Below, one piece after another: positions 46,906 through 60,939 of a stretch of 64,000 nt of DNA; the first letter of the stretch is position 1; each line of letters begins with the position of its first letter. The notes beneath the pieces were generated by a model. It ran no database searches, was not told the origin of the DNA, and saw only the letters and a list, made by a program, of their open reading frames with translations. Made by a program: the position numbers and the translations under genes. The stretch is from Chrysomallon squamiferum. Lineage: Eukaryota; Animalia; Mollusca. The DNA is taken from the NCBI GenBank assembly GCA_012295275.1, contig CM022679.1, positions 25,544,001 through 25,608,000 of the forward strand. Direction: 5' to 3'.

Positions 46906-47215
46906 AATATAATGTTTCTGTTTGTTTCATTTTTTTTTTTAATTATTCTGTGGGTTCTTTTCTATTTTTTAATCTATTTTCATTTCTTAAATTGTTACAG
47001 GAATCGGACAAACTTGTTATTCACTGCTCATGCTAAAAACTGTCTGAAATAACTTTTTAAAAAACCCTTTAAATTTTTTCATTAAAAAACCATGAAAAAT
47101 TAATTTTTAATGTAATCCACTTGGCAGCCATGTCATCTTTAGATATGTACAATTTAAAAAACTGTTGTACTCAGAATGACTTTCTTTCCATTGTTATTTT
47201 TATTAATTGTTGGTT

Positions 47216-48290
47216 ATTACCAGTTTGTCTGTGAACATCACTAATACATTTAGAATTACCAGTCTGTCTGTGAACATCACTGATATATTTAGAATTACCA
47301 GTCTGTCTGTGAACATCACTGATATATTTAGAATTACCAGTCTGTCTGTGAACATCACTGATACATTTAGAAGTACAAGTCTGTGAACATCACTGATACA
47401 TTTAGAATTACAAGTTTGTCTGTGAACATCACTGATACATTTAGAATTACAAGTCTGTGAACATCACTGATACATTTAGAATTACAAGTTTGTCTGTGAA
47501 CATAACTGATACATGTAGAATTACAAGTCTGTGAACATCACTGATACATTTAGAATTACCAGTTTGTCTGTGAACATCACTGATACATTTAGAATTACAA
47601 GTCTGTGAACATCACTGATACATTTAGAATTACCAGTTTGTCTGTGAACATCACTGATACATTTAGAATTACAAGTTTGTCTGTGAACATAACTGATACA
47701 TTTAGAATTACAAGTCTGTGAACATCACTGATACATTTAGAATTACCAGTTTGTCTGTGAACATCACTGATACATTTAGAATTACAAGTCTGTGAACATC
47801 ACTGATACATTTAGAATTACCAGTTTGTCTGTGAACATCACTGATACATTTAGAATTACTAGTTTGTCCGTGAACATCATTGATACATTTAGAATTACAA
47901 GTCTGTGAACATCACTGATACATTTAGAATTACAAGTTTGTCTGTGAACATCACTGATACATTTAGAATTACCAGTTTGTCTGTGAACATCACTGATACA
48001 TTTAGAATTACAAGTTTGTGAACATCACTGATACATTTAGAATAACCAGTTTGTCTGTGAACATCACTGATACATTTAGAATAACCAGTTTGTCTGTGAA
48101 CATCACTGATACATTTAGAATTACAAGTTTGTCTGTGAATATCACTGATACATTTAGGATTACAAGTTTGTCTGTGAACATCACTGATTCATTTAGAATT
48201 ACAAGTTTGTCTGTGAACATCACTGATACATTTAGAATTACAAGTTTGTCTGTGAACATCACTGATTCAATTAGAATTACCAGTCTGTTT
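47216..48290. repeat. Homogeneous minisatellite, ~28 copies of 39-bp and 35-bp units
   Basis: TTACMAG(TTTG)TCTGTGAACATCACTGATACATTTAGAA. The 39-bp period matches the 13-aa repeat in the ORF track. Confidence 0.97.
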
Positions 48291-48726
48291 GGACCACACA
48301 ACAAGCACAAACAACATAATTCAGATTTTAGCCTCAGTAGTAGAAGATAAAAAGTCTGACATCTGGTCTCATAAGAGAAATAGAAATTTGTCTGGGAATC
48401 TTACATGACTATAACAACTGTTGTAATTTGTTTGTCTTCGTTTTGTTTCTTGTTTCTGAAAAAAAAAAAAATCTTGATTTGCCCCAGAGAGTCTGATATT
48501 ATTGGCAGGTCTTAAATGATGACTGTATAGCTGTTTCAAAACATGTGTAATAAGTCATAGCTGTTTCAAACAATATAATCTTTGATTCAAAACAAGTAGT
48601 TATAGTCTTTACATCTATATTCTTTTATTGCATATCCTGATTTATATTTATTAATGCTAATTATCACTTATTTTACATACTTAACTTTGCTTAATATAAC
48701 CAATTATTTATCTCTATCTACCTCTG

Positions 48727-48780
<54 letters not shown>

Positions 48781-49167
48781 TGTGTTTTAAATATTGTTTA
48801 TATGTCTGATATTTGATAATACAGATATTGTTTATATATCTGATATTTGATAATATAGAAATACTCAGTGGAAATAACATTCACACACCACTTTTCCTTG
48901 AAAGTTCTAATTTCACTTTCAATTCTGAACGACACAAAATTAAATTATCTGCTCCGTTGGAATGTCTGATATCTTACTGCAAACCATTTACCTCTCCTGT
49001 ACTACTTGATACACACAGAAAATCTTCAGAAGAAAACAGAATGTCTGTGTGTTTAGGTGGAAGATTCTTACACCAGCACATTGCCCACATTGTCTAAATC
49101 AATCTAAAAACACAGTTTAACATGCTATATAAATAAACTGATATGTGCTGTTTGGAAACAGAGACGT

Positions 49168-49310
49168 CAAGATCGATCCTTTTAGCCTGCCAAGTGGATC
49201 ATTTCCTGTTCCAACCTGTAATCCATAGTAGTAAATTTAAGTAAAGTCATGGTATGTACTTCCCTGTGTGTACTGAAAGGTGCACGTAAAAGAATGTTTG
49301 ATTAATGAGA
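49168..49310 (+). mobile_element. Decayed tRNA-derived SINE
   Basis: GATCGATCC...ATTTCCTGTTCCAACC...CATGGTATGTACTTCCCTGT...GGTGCACGTAAAAGA. Its reverse complement matches ~53525 and ~60838. Confidence 0.6.
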
Positions 49311-50989
49311 TGTGTTGTTGAGAATTCATTTAGTCCAAAAAGCCATCTGTTAATATGATGCCTAAAGATAAAAAAAATACATAAAACATGAGTTACTAGT
49401 GATCAAACTTTGGTGAAAATCAGTTGTGATGATGATTTCAAGTCCAGAGTGTTTCAACAAGGATGTCATTTATATTTATTTTTAGTTATCAATAATTAAA
49501 TCAGTGACAAACATAGATGTATGCACACACCACACACTCATTCACACAAACATGCACACATATACATACACAGTTATACACATTGATAAACACTGAGATA
49601 TACACATACACATATTCTCACATATATATATATATTTACTCACACAAATGCACATACTCATACTCTGATGGACATTCACACACACAGACAGAGAGAGACA
49701 CACATCCACACACAATGATACACACACACACATGCAAACACTCACATACTTTTACTGCTATATTTTTCCCCACGTACATTCGTGACTACTAAAAAGAAAT
49801 ATGCTGTTTTAACTCTTAGTTTATCATCATCTCCGATTATTAACCATCTATCACAATATCTCCGCTACATAAAACAAATTCACTGGGGTTTTTAACCCCA
49901 GTTCTCATTATTTATCTTTACTTTTTTTCTCTCTCTCTCCACATGTGTGGCTGTTGATCTGGAAACTGCACATCTCTGCTAAATAACATCGTGTTTAACA
50001 TTATCAAGTCATATCGTATCTATCACATGCAATAAAACTGATAAAAATCTGTTTATTTCATTGAGAAGGCTGCTAGTTTCATATTGTAACTGTTTTCCTG
50101 TGAATCTCTGTATGTGATAGATTTGAATATGTGTGTGTGTGCATGTCTGTGTTTTTATGGTTATGTGTTTGTATATGTGTGTGTGTTATTATTATGGTTG
50201 TATATACATGTGTATATATATATATTTGCCTGCATATGTGTCTATTTGTCTGTCCCTATGTCTGTCTGTCTGATGGTTGGGTATAAATTATGTTATATAC
50301 TGTCTTCAATATGCATGGTTATATGTGTGCATATGTATAGGTATTGTATAGATGAAAACATGTTGTGTACATTTGTTTGTGTTTATATATATTTGTATAT
50401 ATATGTATGTATGTATGCATATATGTATGTGTGTGTATATGTATATGTACAAACATACCCCCATGTATAAATACATAATTTTTGTGGTAAGAAAATATCA
50501 TGGAAACTCATATATATATATATATATATATGAGTTTCCAAATGTTTCTTACCAAACAAATTTGAAATATACTCATGACCTTAACACACAATATATTTAT
50601 CACAAAACATAAACACAATCCCATGCAGGACCTTGCTGTAATGTAGACTTGTACTTTGTTTTCAGGTGATGACTTAGTTATTGCAGCACATCATGTAATA
50701 CAGTACAAGCTGACCTTTAGCTAAAAGCCCAGAGTTTGCAGAGAAAGCATTTTCTATTATTTCAGTTGTATCAGAAAAAGTATTCCCGGTTTGTCTTTAA
50801 GGAATGTAAATAACTTCACAAGAGAAAGAGTATTTTTCAATGAATGGGTGTGTTTTTTGTGTGTGTTTGTGAGTGACTGTGCATGTTTGCGTGTTCAGTG
50901 ATTGTGTATATGTGTGTAATCTTGAATTATTTTGTTGTTTTGAGTGACTTTGGGTTTCTTGTGGGTTTTTTTGTGTTTGTTTAAGTGTT

Positions 50990-51500
50990 GTATACGTTAT
51001 TTGTATTTAGTGATTGTATATGTTGTCCTTTTTATATAGTTATGTGTATTTTAGTGACTGTATGTGTTATGTGTATTTAGTGATTGTATATGTTGTCTAT
51101 TTTAGTGATTGTTTATGTTGTGGGTATTTTAGTGACTGTATAATGTTGTATTTTAGTGATTGTATATGTTATATGTATTTAGTGATTGTTTATGTTGTCT
51201 ATTTTAGTGATTGTATATGTTGTGTCTATTTTAGTGATATGTATGTTGTGTATACTTTAATGATTGTATATGTCATGTGTATTTTAATGATTGTATATGT
51301 TGTGTCTATTTTAGTGATTATGTATGGTGTGTGTACTTTAGTCATTATGTGTGTTTTGTGTATTTCACCGACTGTTGATATTATGTGTATTTAAGTGACT
51401 GTGTATGTTTGTATATATTTTAGGAACTGCATACACTGTGTACATTATGTTACTAACTGTCTATCTCTCTTATTGTGCATTTAAGTCATTGTATATGATC
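50990..51500. repeat. Degenerate ~27-bp minisatellite
   Basis: TATTTTAGTGATTGTATATGTTGTGT-like units. Confidence 0.85.
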
Positions 51501-53494
51501 CACATACAAGTTCAAAGTGAGGAAAACAAAACAATTTATTTTCAGCCTGTGATATCTCTACGAAGTAAAACAGACATGTGTTAGTTAAGTTCTGCTCTGA
51601 ATGGTTTAGCTCCAGTCTTGTCAAACAACATGTTGATATGTAATAAAACAATACATCCTCAGACATCCATATCAGCAGAGGTGAAAAAAAACACACAGAA
51701 GCCTTTTTGATATGCAGTATTTTTATTTTAATATGAAACTGATTTCATTCTGAAAATTTCATTTCCATCATTTTCATTCACGTTATCCTCACTTTATGAG
51801 ATCCTAGATTCTGTGTTGATGCTTATGTTTACTTTTTTTTTTTTTACTGCAGTGTATGTGTCATTTAGAAATAATAACTGTTTGGTTATTTGTGTGAAGT
51901 AAATATTGGTTTGTTTTACTATAACACAGTGCAATGTTTTGTTATGTCACGCTGCTGTTTTGACATAATTTGAATCATTGTCAGTCCCATAAATCCAAAC
52001 AAAGAAATATTAAAACATACATACATACAGTTATATGTACACAAAGAAATGTGTTTGTCTGTATGTTTTTGTTTGTTAGGTAGAGATACAAATAGTATAT
52101 GTAATCATACAAACTAATCCATAGATAAATTACACACATATTTTATATGCATATATATATACACTGAATGTGTGTGTGTGTGTGTGTGTGTGTTAGTGTT
52201 TTACACTTATACACAGGTACAGCATAAAACATTTATAAACAATTCCATTTACAATACATTTAGAATACTAATAATAAATCTGTGCAATATTTCTTGATCT
52301 AAGAAATATATCACAGAATGTGATGTCTTGCCTTCTGAAGTATTAAAACACATACAGACAGACACACTTATTAAACAAAGATACAAATACAGACATACCA
52401 AATAAAGATAAAAACACAGACATAGCCAGACACTCATGCAGACATGGACAGATATATATATAAATATAAACACAAAAACAGAGATTGACAGAGAAAGAGA
52501 CAAATGTATCAATGTATTACAATATCTCATATACATCAGATGCACATAATTCACACATAAAACACACACACAAATCAGATACAACACACAAACACACAAC
52601 ATTCAATGCATGATATACACAGATCATATACATATACACACAAATACATCAAAGATATCATGTACAGATATCACATATAAATACATGCTGCATTCATATA
52701 CATGCAAGCACTCAAACATTACATACAAACATCTTTCCAAAACAGTTTTGATGTTGTCATACCCAGACTTATCAAACACATCCATGTTGTTTCAGCAGCT
52801 TCCATTTGTCAAATGTAACACATGCTGACTCTTTTAACCTGTCACACACTCATAACACAAGAAAAACAAAAACACATTCTTCTCAGAAAGATCTTTTCAC
52901 TGTCTGATTGCTGTTTAGCTTCAAAATAACATCTTACATCTGGCATGAACAATTGGCAATAGATTTAACTAAACAAAACTACTTTACACAGTGCCGAATA
53001 TAACTTTCTTTTTTAAAAAATACGTTTTTGTGTAATTAGCTCACAATACTCTGAAGTACACTTGAAACAGTTATAGTCTAAAATAAATAATATATATATA
53101 TACACACACATGTATTTATATGATTAGGTCAAATACAAAAGGATTTTGCCAAAACTGAGTTTGGTGTATGATTGATAGTGATTAACCATTGCTTCATGAT
53201 GATGAGAAACCTAATTAGTTGTACAATCACTAATATCCAACTGAAAGTTCAAAAGGGCTTACATTCTTATCAGAATTTTTTTGTTTTAAAAAAAAATGAT
53301 AAATGGTCTCTAAGCCCTTTTTCAAATAAGCTCTTCATACACATATGCACACACAAACACACATATGCACACACAAACACACACATACACACACACATAT
53401 AACACACACATACACACAGACTGAAAATTAATAGTGTATGGGTGCATGTCTGTGTTTAATACATGTATAATTCTGAATTGTAATTTGTGCAAGC

Positions 53495-53890
53495 AGTAAA
53501 CAACATTTTAAAAGATCCTCCCATAAACAGGACAGTACATACCATGACATTAGTAAATAGATAATGAGACAGTGGCTTAAATTAGAAAAGAAGACAAGCT
53601 GTATACTTTGCTCAACACACATTCTAATCTGAGTTTATATGGTGTCATACAGATATAACAGAGGACTGACTATATAGATAATCAAGATGATTTTTGTCAT
53701 TAGCACACAGTGGCCTTATATATATATATATATATATATATATGCCTTTCCATAAATCTTGGTCTTTGATGAACTTTGGATCCGTGAGGTTCTAGCTGGA
53801 ACAGGAAAGAGACCAGTTGATGTACTATGAAGAACTGATCTTTTGACTGCCATGCTTCATCCATGTACTCTAACCACTGGACCAGAAGTC
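53495..53890 (-). mobile_element. Decayed SINE fragments
   Basis: CCCATAAACAGGACAGTACATACCATGAC (~53520) and GCTGGAACAGGAAA...GATC...CTCTAACCACTG (~53796-53880) match the reverse complement of the family at ~49168. Confidence 0.5.
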
Positions 53891-54135
53891 TGTTTTGGAG
53901 ACAAGAAACAGTGCAGTAGATCACTGTGGGGATGTTCTAGATTTCTGAGACAAAAAAAAAAAAATTAAAAATATAAATACAAAAATAAAAACACCACTAA
54001 CTAAAATAAGCCTTCATCATATTAACATGCATGCACTTCACAAAAATAATTAAAGGTAAATGTACGTTAAGTATTCCATCCAAAAAAAAATATATAGGTT
54101 AATTGCTCTTCATGTGTGTATGAGTGTGAGTGTGT

Positions 54136-54190
<55 letters not shown>

Positions 54191-54241
54191 ATACATATAT
54201 ATATATATAAACATACATATATATACATACATATATATATG

Positions 54242-54272
<31 letters not shown>

Positions 54273-55244
54273 ATATATATATATATATATAAATAGATAT
54301 AGATATAGATTCAGATACAGATATAAATGAAGAGCATATTAAGCTGTATGTTTTTGTGTATATATTTTATGTATAGATGTATGTATGCATCCATCAATCT
54401 ATCATATATATATGTGAGTATATAGCTATGTATGTATCTATTTCTTTTTCCTCATTACAAGTAGACAGATGTACAACTCAGTAAGCTGACAGTCAGTGAA
54501 AGGAATGCATTGAGGGTCAAAGATTAATGAACTTGTATTAAGAAAATTTGGTATACTCATCAAAATACGTGATTAACCGAATTTTTATCAATTACAAACT
54601 CCATTTGAACATAAAGCCGGAATGCGAGCTGGAGGTCTATATTTACACATCAGACAGATTCTTCTTGTTTAGACATACATACTTCTAATCAAAGACTGTC
54701 AGTGTGTGATGTTGGGCAAATGGCCCCTGTGTCTCGCTGTGAAAAGTAAAACAGGTATGGTGACTTGTAATACCTTTTCTCAGACTAGTTTCTGAATTAA
54801 CTGCAAACAAGAAAGGTCAAATTTATTAAAAAAAAAAAAAAAAAAAAAATGGTGGGAGATGCCACTGGTAATTGGTTATCAAACTGGTGTAATGAGTTTT
54901 AAATTTCTCTGTTATTTCCAGAATTAATATGTCACATGGTGAAGGTCAAAAAAATTTCTGCAGCCATATTTAGTTATAAAATTTTTCTGTATGAAATTCA
55001 GAATAAATCGTAGAAGCTACAATAAATTTCTGCTGTTAACAAATTTGTGTAATTTATTTTGAACTTTATCTGTGAGATTCAGAATAGATGATACATATAA
55101 GGACTAGAAACATGGAATTCTTTGCAATGCAATATTCATTTTTACTTCAGACAAGGAAACACCACAGACTTTGTTAGCAAGTCATAGACACTCTCTGGTG
55201 ACACAAATAACTAAACATGTGCACCAAGAAGTGATTATCCTGAA

Positions 55245-55500
55245 ATGCTTTTATCTTCAACAACTTCTTCATCAGCCCTTTCTTCCTCAACCCTTTGTTC
55301 TTCAACACTTTTTCTTCAACCTTTTCTTCCTCAACACTTTTTCTTCAACCTTTTCTTCCTCAACACTTTTTTTCCTCAACCTTTTTTTCCTCAAAAGTTT
55401 TCTTCAACTCATTCTTTCTCAAACCTCTCTTCTTCAACCCATTCTTCCTCAAACCTTTCTTCTTCAACCTTTTCTTCATCAACACTTTCTCCTTAACCCA
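55245..55500. repeat. Pyrimidine-rich ~14-17-bp minisatellite
   Basis: CTTTTCTTCCTCAAC and TTTTCTTCAAC units. Confidence 0.85.
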
Positions 55501-56204
55501 TTTGATCATGACATTATACTGATAATTAAATCTGAATTACATTTAGTATATGAATGTCTTGTCATTACAGAGAATCATGCCTGACTTGGACTGTACGATT
55601 AATTCTTGTTTTTGCTAACTGTGAACTGCAGCATGTTTTATGTTTTTTTGACATAAACATGACATCACAGATAGTTATTTAACATTAATTCACTTTTCCA
55701 TTGGCAAAATGGTTTCACAGCTTGTAATGCAGAAATACTTTTTTTAAATCATTCTCTTTTATATTTTTCATTTTATGATTTTTTTAAATTTATTTTATTT
55801 TATTTTTATTTTTTTAATTTATGTTTATTTATATTTGTTTTTTTTATTATTTTTTTTGGTTTTATTTATTTATTTATTTTTTTTACTTTTTTTTTATTTG
55901 TTAATTTTTATTAATTTTTTTTATTATTTTTTTTTTATTATTATTATTACCTTTTTTTAATTTATTTTTTTTTTTTGTTTTATGTTTTGTTAATTTTAGG
56001 ATTTTGATTTTGATTTATATATTTTTTGTTGTTGTTTTATCAAGTGCTGCACATTTTTCCACCATATTTATTATTCAGTTTAGGAGTTTTTATCTTGCAT
56101 AAAGAAAACCACTGAGGTAGTAGTATTCTAATTCAGTATCAGAAATGAAAAAAAAAAAAAAAATGCAATGTTCTGTAGAAATTCATGACTCACATATTTG
56201 TGTT

Positions 56205-56236
<32 letters not shown>

Positions 56237-56559
56237 TTCTGTACTTAGCCTTATATATTTCAATATATGAATCTTAGTTTGCAATCCACTGCATTTAAAA
56301 TAAAATCAATGAAACTTAAAATACTCCACTGAACTTCATCTACATTACATTTAATCTACAGTTCTAAACTCTTTCTCTGTTACAGAACAGTTACTCAACA
56401 GACAAGGATAATCTGCAGGTCATTGCTGTCTGTTGAGAATCAACACTATTTTATCACTGTTCATGACATTTCTGCTAAAGTCCATTAGTTCATGAAACAT
56501 TTTCTGATGACATTACAATTTATCTAGAGTCCATAATGTTATATGTAATCTTTAGCAAT

Positions 56560-57355
56560 GATCTACAGTCCATAACATATTTACAGTCCATGACACTTTA
56601 CAAACATAACACTTTACAGTTCATGACATTTTACAAACAGTCCATGACATTTTACAAACAGTCCATGACACATTACCTACAGTTCATGACACATTACCTA
56701 CAGTTCATAACACTTTACAGTCCATGACACATTACCTACAGTTCATAACACTTTACAGTCCATGACATTTTACAAACAGTCCATGACACATTACCTACAG
56801 TTCATGACACATTACCTACAGTTCATAACACTTTACAGTCCATGACACATTACCTACAGTTCATAACACTTTACAGTTCATGACACATTACCTACAGTTC
56901 ATAACACTTTACAGTTCATGACACATTACCTACAGTTCATGACACATTACCTACAGTTCATAACACTTTACAGTTCATGACACATTACATACCTACAGTT
57001 CATAACACTTTACAGTTCATGACACATTACTTACAGTTCATAACACTTTACAGTCCATGACACATTACCTACAGTTCATAACACTTTACAGTTCATGACA
57101 CATTACCTACAGTTCCATAACACTTTACAGTTCATGACACTTTACAAATAGCCCATGACATTTTACAAACAGTTCATGACACTTTACAAACAGCCCATGA
57201 CATTTTACAAACAGTTCATGATACTTTACAAACAGTCCATGACATTTTACTACAGCTGCTGACACTTTACAAACATTCCATGGCCCTTTACTAAAATCAA
57301 TGACACTTTACCTATAGTCCATGACACTCATACTTTATCTACAGTCCATGGCAAT
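56560..57355. repeat. Minisatellite of related 21-bp and 17-bp units
   Basis: CAGTTCATGACACATTACCTA alternates with CAGTTCATAACACTTTA. The flanks carry CAGTCCATGACATTTTACAAA variants. Confidence 0.95.
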
Positions 57356-57714
57356 TTATCTACCGACATTAGCACTTTAACTAAATAATCCATAATTCTT
57401 TACAAACAGTCAGTGAACCTTTCATTTCAGAGAAGTTCATTACACTTTGCTAACAGCCCAAAACACATCCCTATTACAAGCTATTACTGACACAAAAGAA
57501 AGGAATCTGTCAGCCTGGATAAACAGTTCGTTTTCCTTTCTTCAAAAGCCCAGGAACCTTTACTAAAATCAATGATACTTTTTCTTCAATTGTGTTACTT
57601 TACCAAGTCCATTATATTTACAGTCTTTATCACCTTAGTCCATGGCTTTTTGTTGTTACAGACATATATTACTTTGACAAATCATTTGTTTGTTGTTACA
57701 AACAGTACTATGAA

Positions 57715-58315
57715 ACACACTTTTGCTTGTTGTTACATCACATATTACTAGGACAACACACTATCGTTATTACATCATATATTACTATGACAACACAGTT
57801 GTTATTACATCATATATTACTATGACAACACACTGTTGTTATTACATCATATATTACTATGATATAACACACTTGGTATTACATCATATATTACTATGAC
57901 AACACACTGTTGTTATTACATCATATATTACTATGATATAACACACTTGTTATTACATCATATATTACTATGACAACACACTGATGTTATTACATCACAT
58001 ATTACTATGATATAACACACTTGTTATTACATCATATATTACTATGACAACATACTGATGTTATATCACATATTACTATGATATAACACACTTGTTATTA
58101 CATCATATATTACTATGACAACACTCTTGTGTTATTACATCACATATTAGTATAGTAACACACTGTTGTTTGCTGTTACATTATATATCACTATGGTAAC
58201 ACTGTTGTTACATCATATATTACTATGACAACACTCTGCTCTTTGTTATTACATCATATATTACTATGACAACACACTGCTCTTTGTTGTTACATCATAG
58301 ATTACTGTGACTACA
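57715..58315. repeat. ~36-37-bp minisatellite
   Basis: GTTATTACATCATATATTACTATGACAACACACTGTT alternates with a ...ATGATATAACACACTT variant. Confidence 0.95.
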
Positions 58316-58849
58316 TATTGCTCTGATGTCATACATACCCTGTGAATACAAACACTTGTGGTGTTAGTTAAATAATTTTGTTTTCAAAGCAAATGCTCTA
58401 AATAAATCTGCCCAGTTTTTCCTGTACTTAAAATGTTATTCACCTGATCCTAATTGTGTTTGGTTTTTACTGGTCTCTGTGTGGTTTGTTGATACACATG
58501 CTGCATCTTTTCACAGCCTACTGAAACATGCTAATTTAATGACTGGTAGTAACAGAACATTTTTCTCCTCTTACAAGCTTCATTAAACTTTGTGTCTCAA
58601 CACGATGCAAATGTCATCATTAGACTGAGTCAGTGGTCATATTATTTCTATAATTGTTTTCATCAAGCACAGTTAATTGCTTATGTTATTTCAGTCATGC
58701 AGATTTAGATGTTGTTTTTTATTTTCTTACCAAGATAACTGCTGGTTTAGAAGGGTTTACAAGTGTGTTATGTAAAAATAATAGAGGTTAATGAATAGTA
58801 CGATTTTTTTTCTTTTATAAGAAATCTTCTTAAGGGATGTGTGTACACA

Positions 58850-58887
<38 letters not shown>

Positions 58888-59532
58888 TGTGGTGTATGTA
58901 TCTTATGTGCATTTGTTTGATGTATGTATATTGAATCAATTACTCACACCTGACTTTCCACACATTTCCTTACTCTAAATTAATCTGCACTTGAATAAAT
59001 AATGAGTTAAACATAAGAACTGAAGAAGAAGAAGAAGAAAAAGAAAAAAAAGAAGTAACAGAAAAAGAAGAAGAAGAAGAAAAAGAAGAAGAAAAAGCAA
59101 GAAAAAGAAGAAGAAAAAGCAAGAAAAAGAAGAAGAAAAAGAAAAGAAGAAGAAGAAGAAGAAAAAAAAAAAAGAAAAAGAAGAAGACGAAGAAAGGGTG
59201 TGAGAAGATTACTCCTGTCTGGTAACAATGTGATAAAGCACTGTGTGTTAGACTGTCACATAACCTAGCTAACTTAGTGACGCTGGTAAAACAAAACATG
59301 GGCTGATACAAATCTGTGTGAGTGCTTGGGAGCGAGGGAAAGAAGGGAAAGGTATGTGCATGTAATTGTTTTGTAATATTTGTGAAAACTGTGTGAAATG
59401 CGAGATAAATTACGGCATTTTTTTAAAGTTGTGTTATCTGTTAAAACTATGTTAAACCTGAAACTGTTATTTTGAAAACTAATTTTTAAGAAATTTGGTA
59501 TCTGTGAAAATTGTTACTAGATAAAATCAGGG

Positions 59533-59581
<49 letters not shown>

Positions 59582-59722
59582 TTGATCATTATATACTTCT
59601 TGAAACAGTATTATTTTTAAAACAGTGTTGTTGTTGTTTTTTTTATCTAGAAAAATTATGTAAATTGTGAAACAGTGTTATTTTGAAAACTTTGTTATCT
59701 GTTGTTGAGATATATTAACAGT

Positions 59723-59726
<4 letters not shown>

Positions 59727-59806
<80 letters not shown>
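59727..59806. repeat. (TC)n microsatellite
   Basis: Direct inspection. Confidence 0.98.
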
Positions 59807-59811
<5 letters not shown>

Positions 59812-59924
59812 CACACATCCATGCTTATGTTCATGTATATCAGGATGGATATATTATAAACAATTGTTTTAAAATGTGAAAAAGGAAAGAAACAACAACA
59901 ATAATAATGGACATGATAATAAAA

Positions 59925-59971
<47 letters not shown>

Positions 59972-60459
59972 AATAAATAAATAAAAAAAGAAAAGAAGAA
60001 AAAATGGACCAATAAATAAAAATAAAATGATCATTCATCACTTAAACAATATGACCTCATCATCATCATTATCATCATAAATAAATAAATAAATAAACAA
60101 GTAAAATAAAAAATAAATAATAACTAAAAAATAATATACAACAAACAGGAAAATAAAACAAGAAAAAGAAGAAGTAAACAAAAAAACAAATGACCATTTC
60201 CTTAAGCAACCTGACCTCATTTTACCTGGTACAGGTAAGAACATAATCTATCACATCAGCGTTTAATCCTGAGACATACCAGCCATGCCATGTGGTATCC
60301 TTAAACCGAAACAAGATAAACCACTAGCATAGATCACAGATCAAAGAGATATTTCACACGGGCTGGCTGGGATGAGAAGTTATGGGGAGTGGGGTATTTT
60401 ATGTGCAGGGATGGGCAGACTGATATTAATAACTTCTGAGATTCATTTGATGAGGAAAA

Positions 60460-60900
60460 AAAGGAAATGGGTTATTTAATGAAGCACTCAGCAAATTTTT
60501 CTTAGTTTGTTATACAGAGTGAGATGTAATTAGAGATGAAACCTGCATGTCATCAGTTTCTTCCCTATACATTCAAACTCACATAGATGAAATTTTTTCA
60601 AAATAGCAGTAAGGTTATTTTATGTGTACCACCAACCCAGAGACAGGAGAAGAGTACAAAACTCTTGTTATACTAAATCTGGAGCATTGGCTAGAATGAG
60701 AAATAGTTTGATAGTTTTATTTGACAGAATGAGATTTAAAAAACCCTACAATCATCACATTAATGGCTACATTTGTTATACTTTACTAACATGAATTCAT
60801 TTGCATTATGATTTATCACTGTTCATTTTACTTGTAGACAGGGAAGCACTTACCATAGAGTTTTAGAACAAGTAATGGTATATTGGTGGTAAAAAATGGA
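60460..60900 (-). mobile_element. Decayed SINE (longest copy) plus an adjacent fragment
   Basis: AAGGAAATG..TTATTTAATGAAGCACTCA...TAGCAGTAAGG..ATTTTATGTGTACC...GACAGG...GCATTGGCTAGAATGAGAAATAG. A second fragment, GACAGGGAAGCACTTACCAT, lies at ~60837. Confidence 0.6.
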
Positions 60901-60939
60901 ATAGGGATGATGTTTATTGTCACAGAAACAGTTAAGAAT

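Noticed and set aside
47216-48350. CRISPR-like array or 13-aa repeat protein (ORFs 48018-48350 and 48008-48310)
   Set aside because: The units are head-to-tail with no unique spacers, there are no cas genes, and the context is eukaryotic. The ORFs exist only because 39 is divisible by 3 and they break at the 35-bp units.
54675-54686. ATACATACTTCT, complementary to the 3' half of miR-1
   Set aside because: The match stops before the seed-containing half and there is no precursor hairpin.
60295-60302. Plus-strand GTATCCTT (perfect U12 donor) after GCCATGCCATGTG
   Set aside because: I found no linked exon or branch site. An 8-mer like this is expected by chance in 64 kb of AT-rich DNA.
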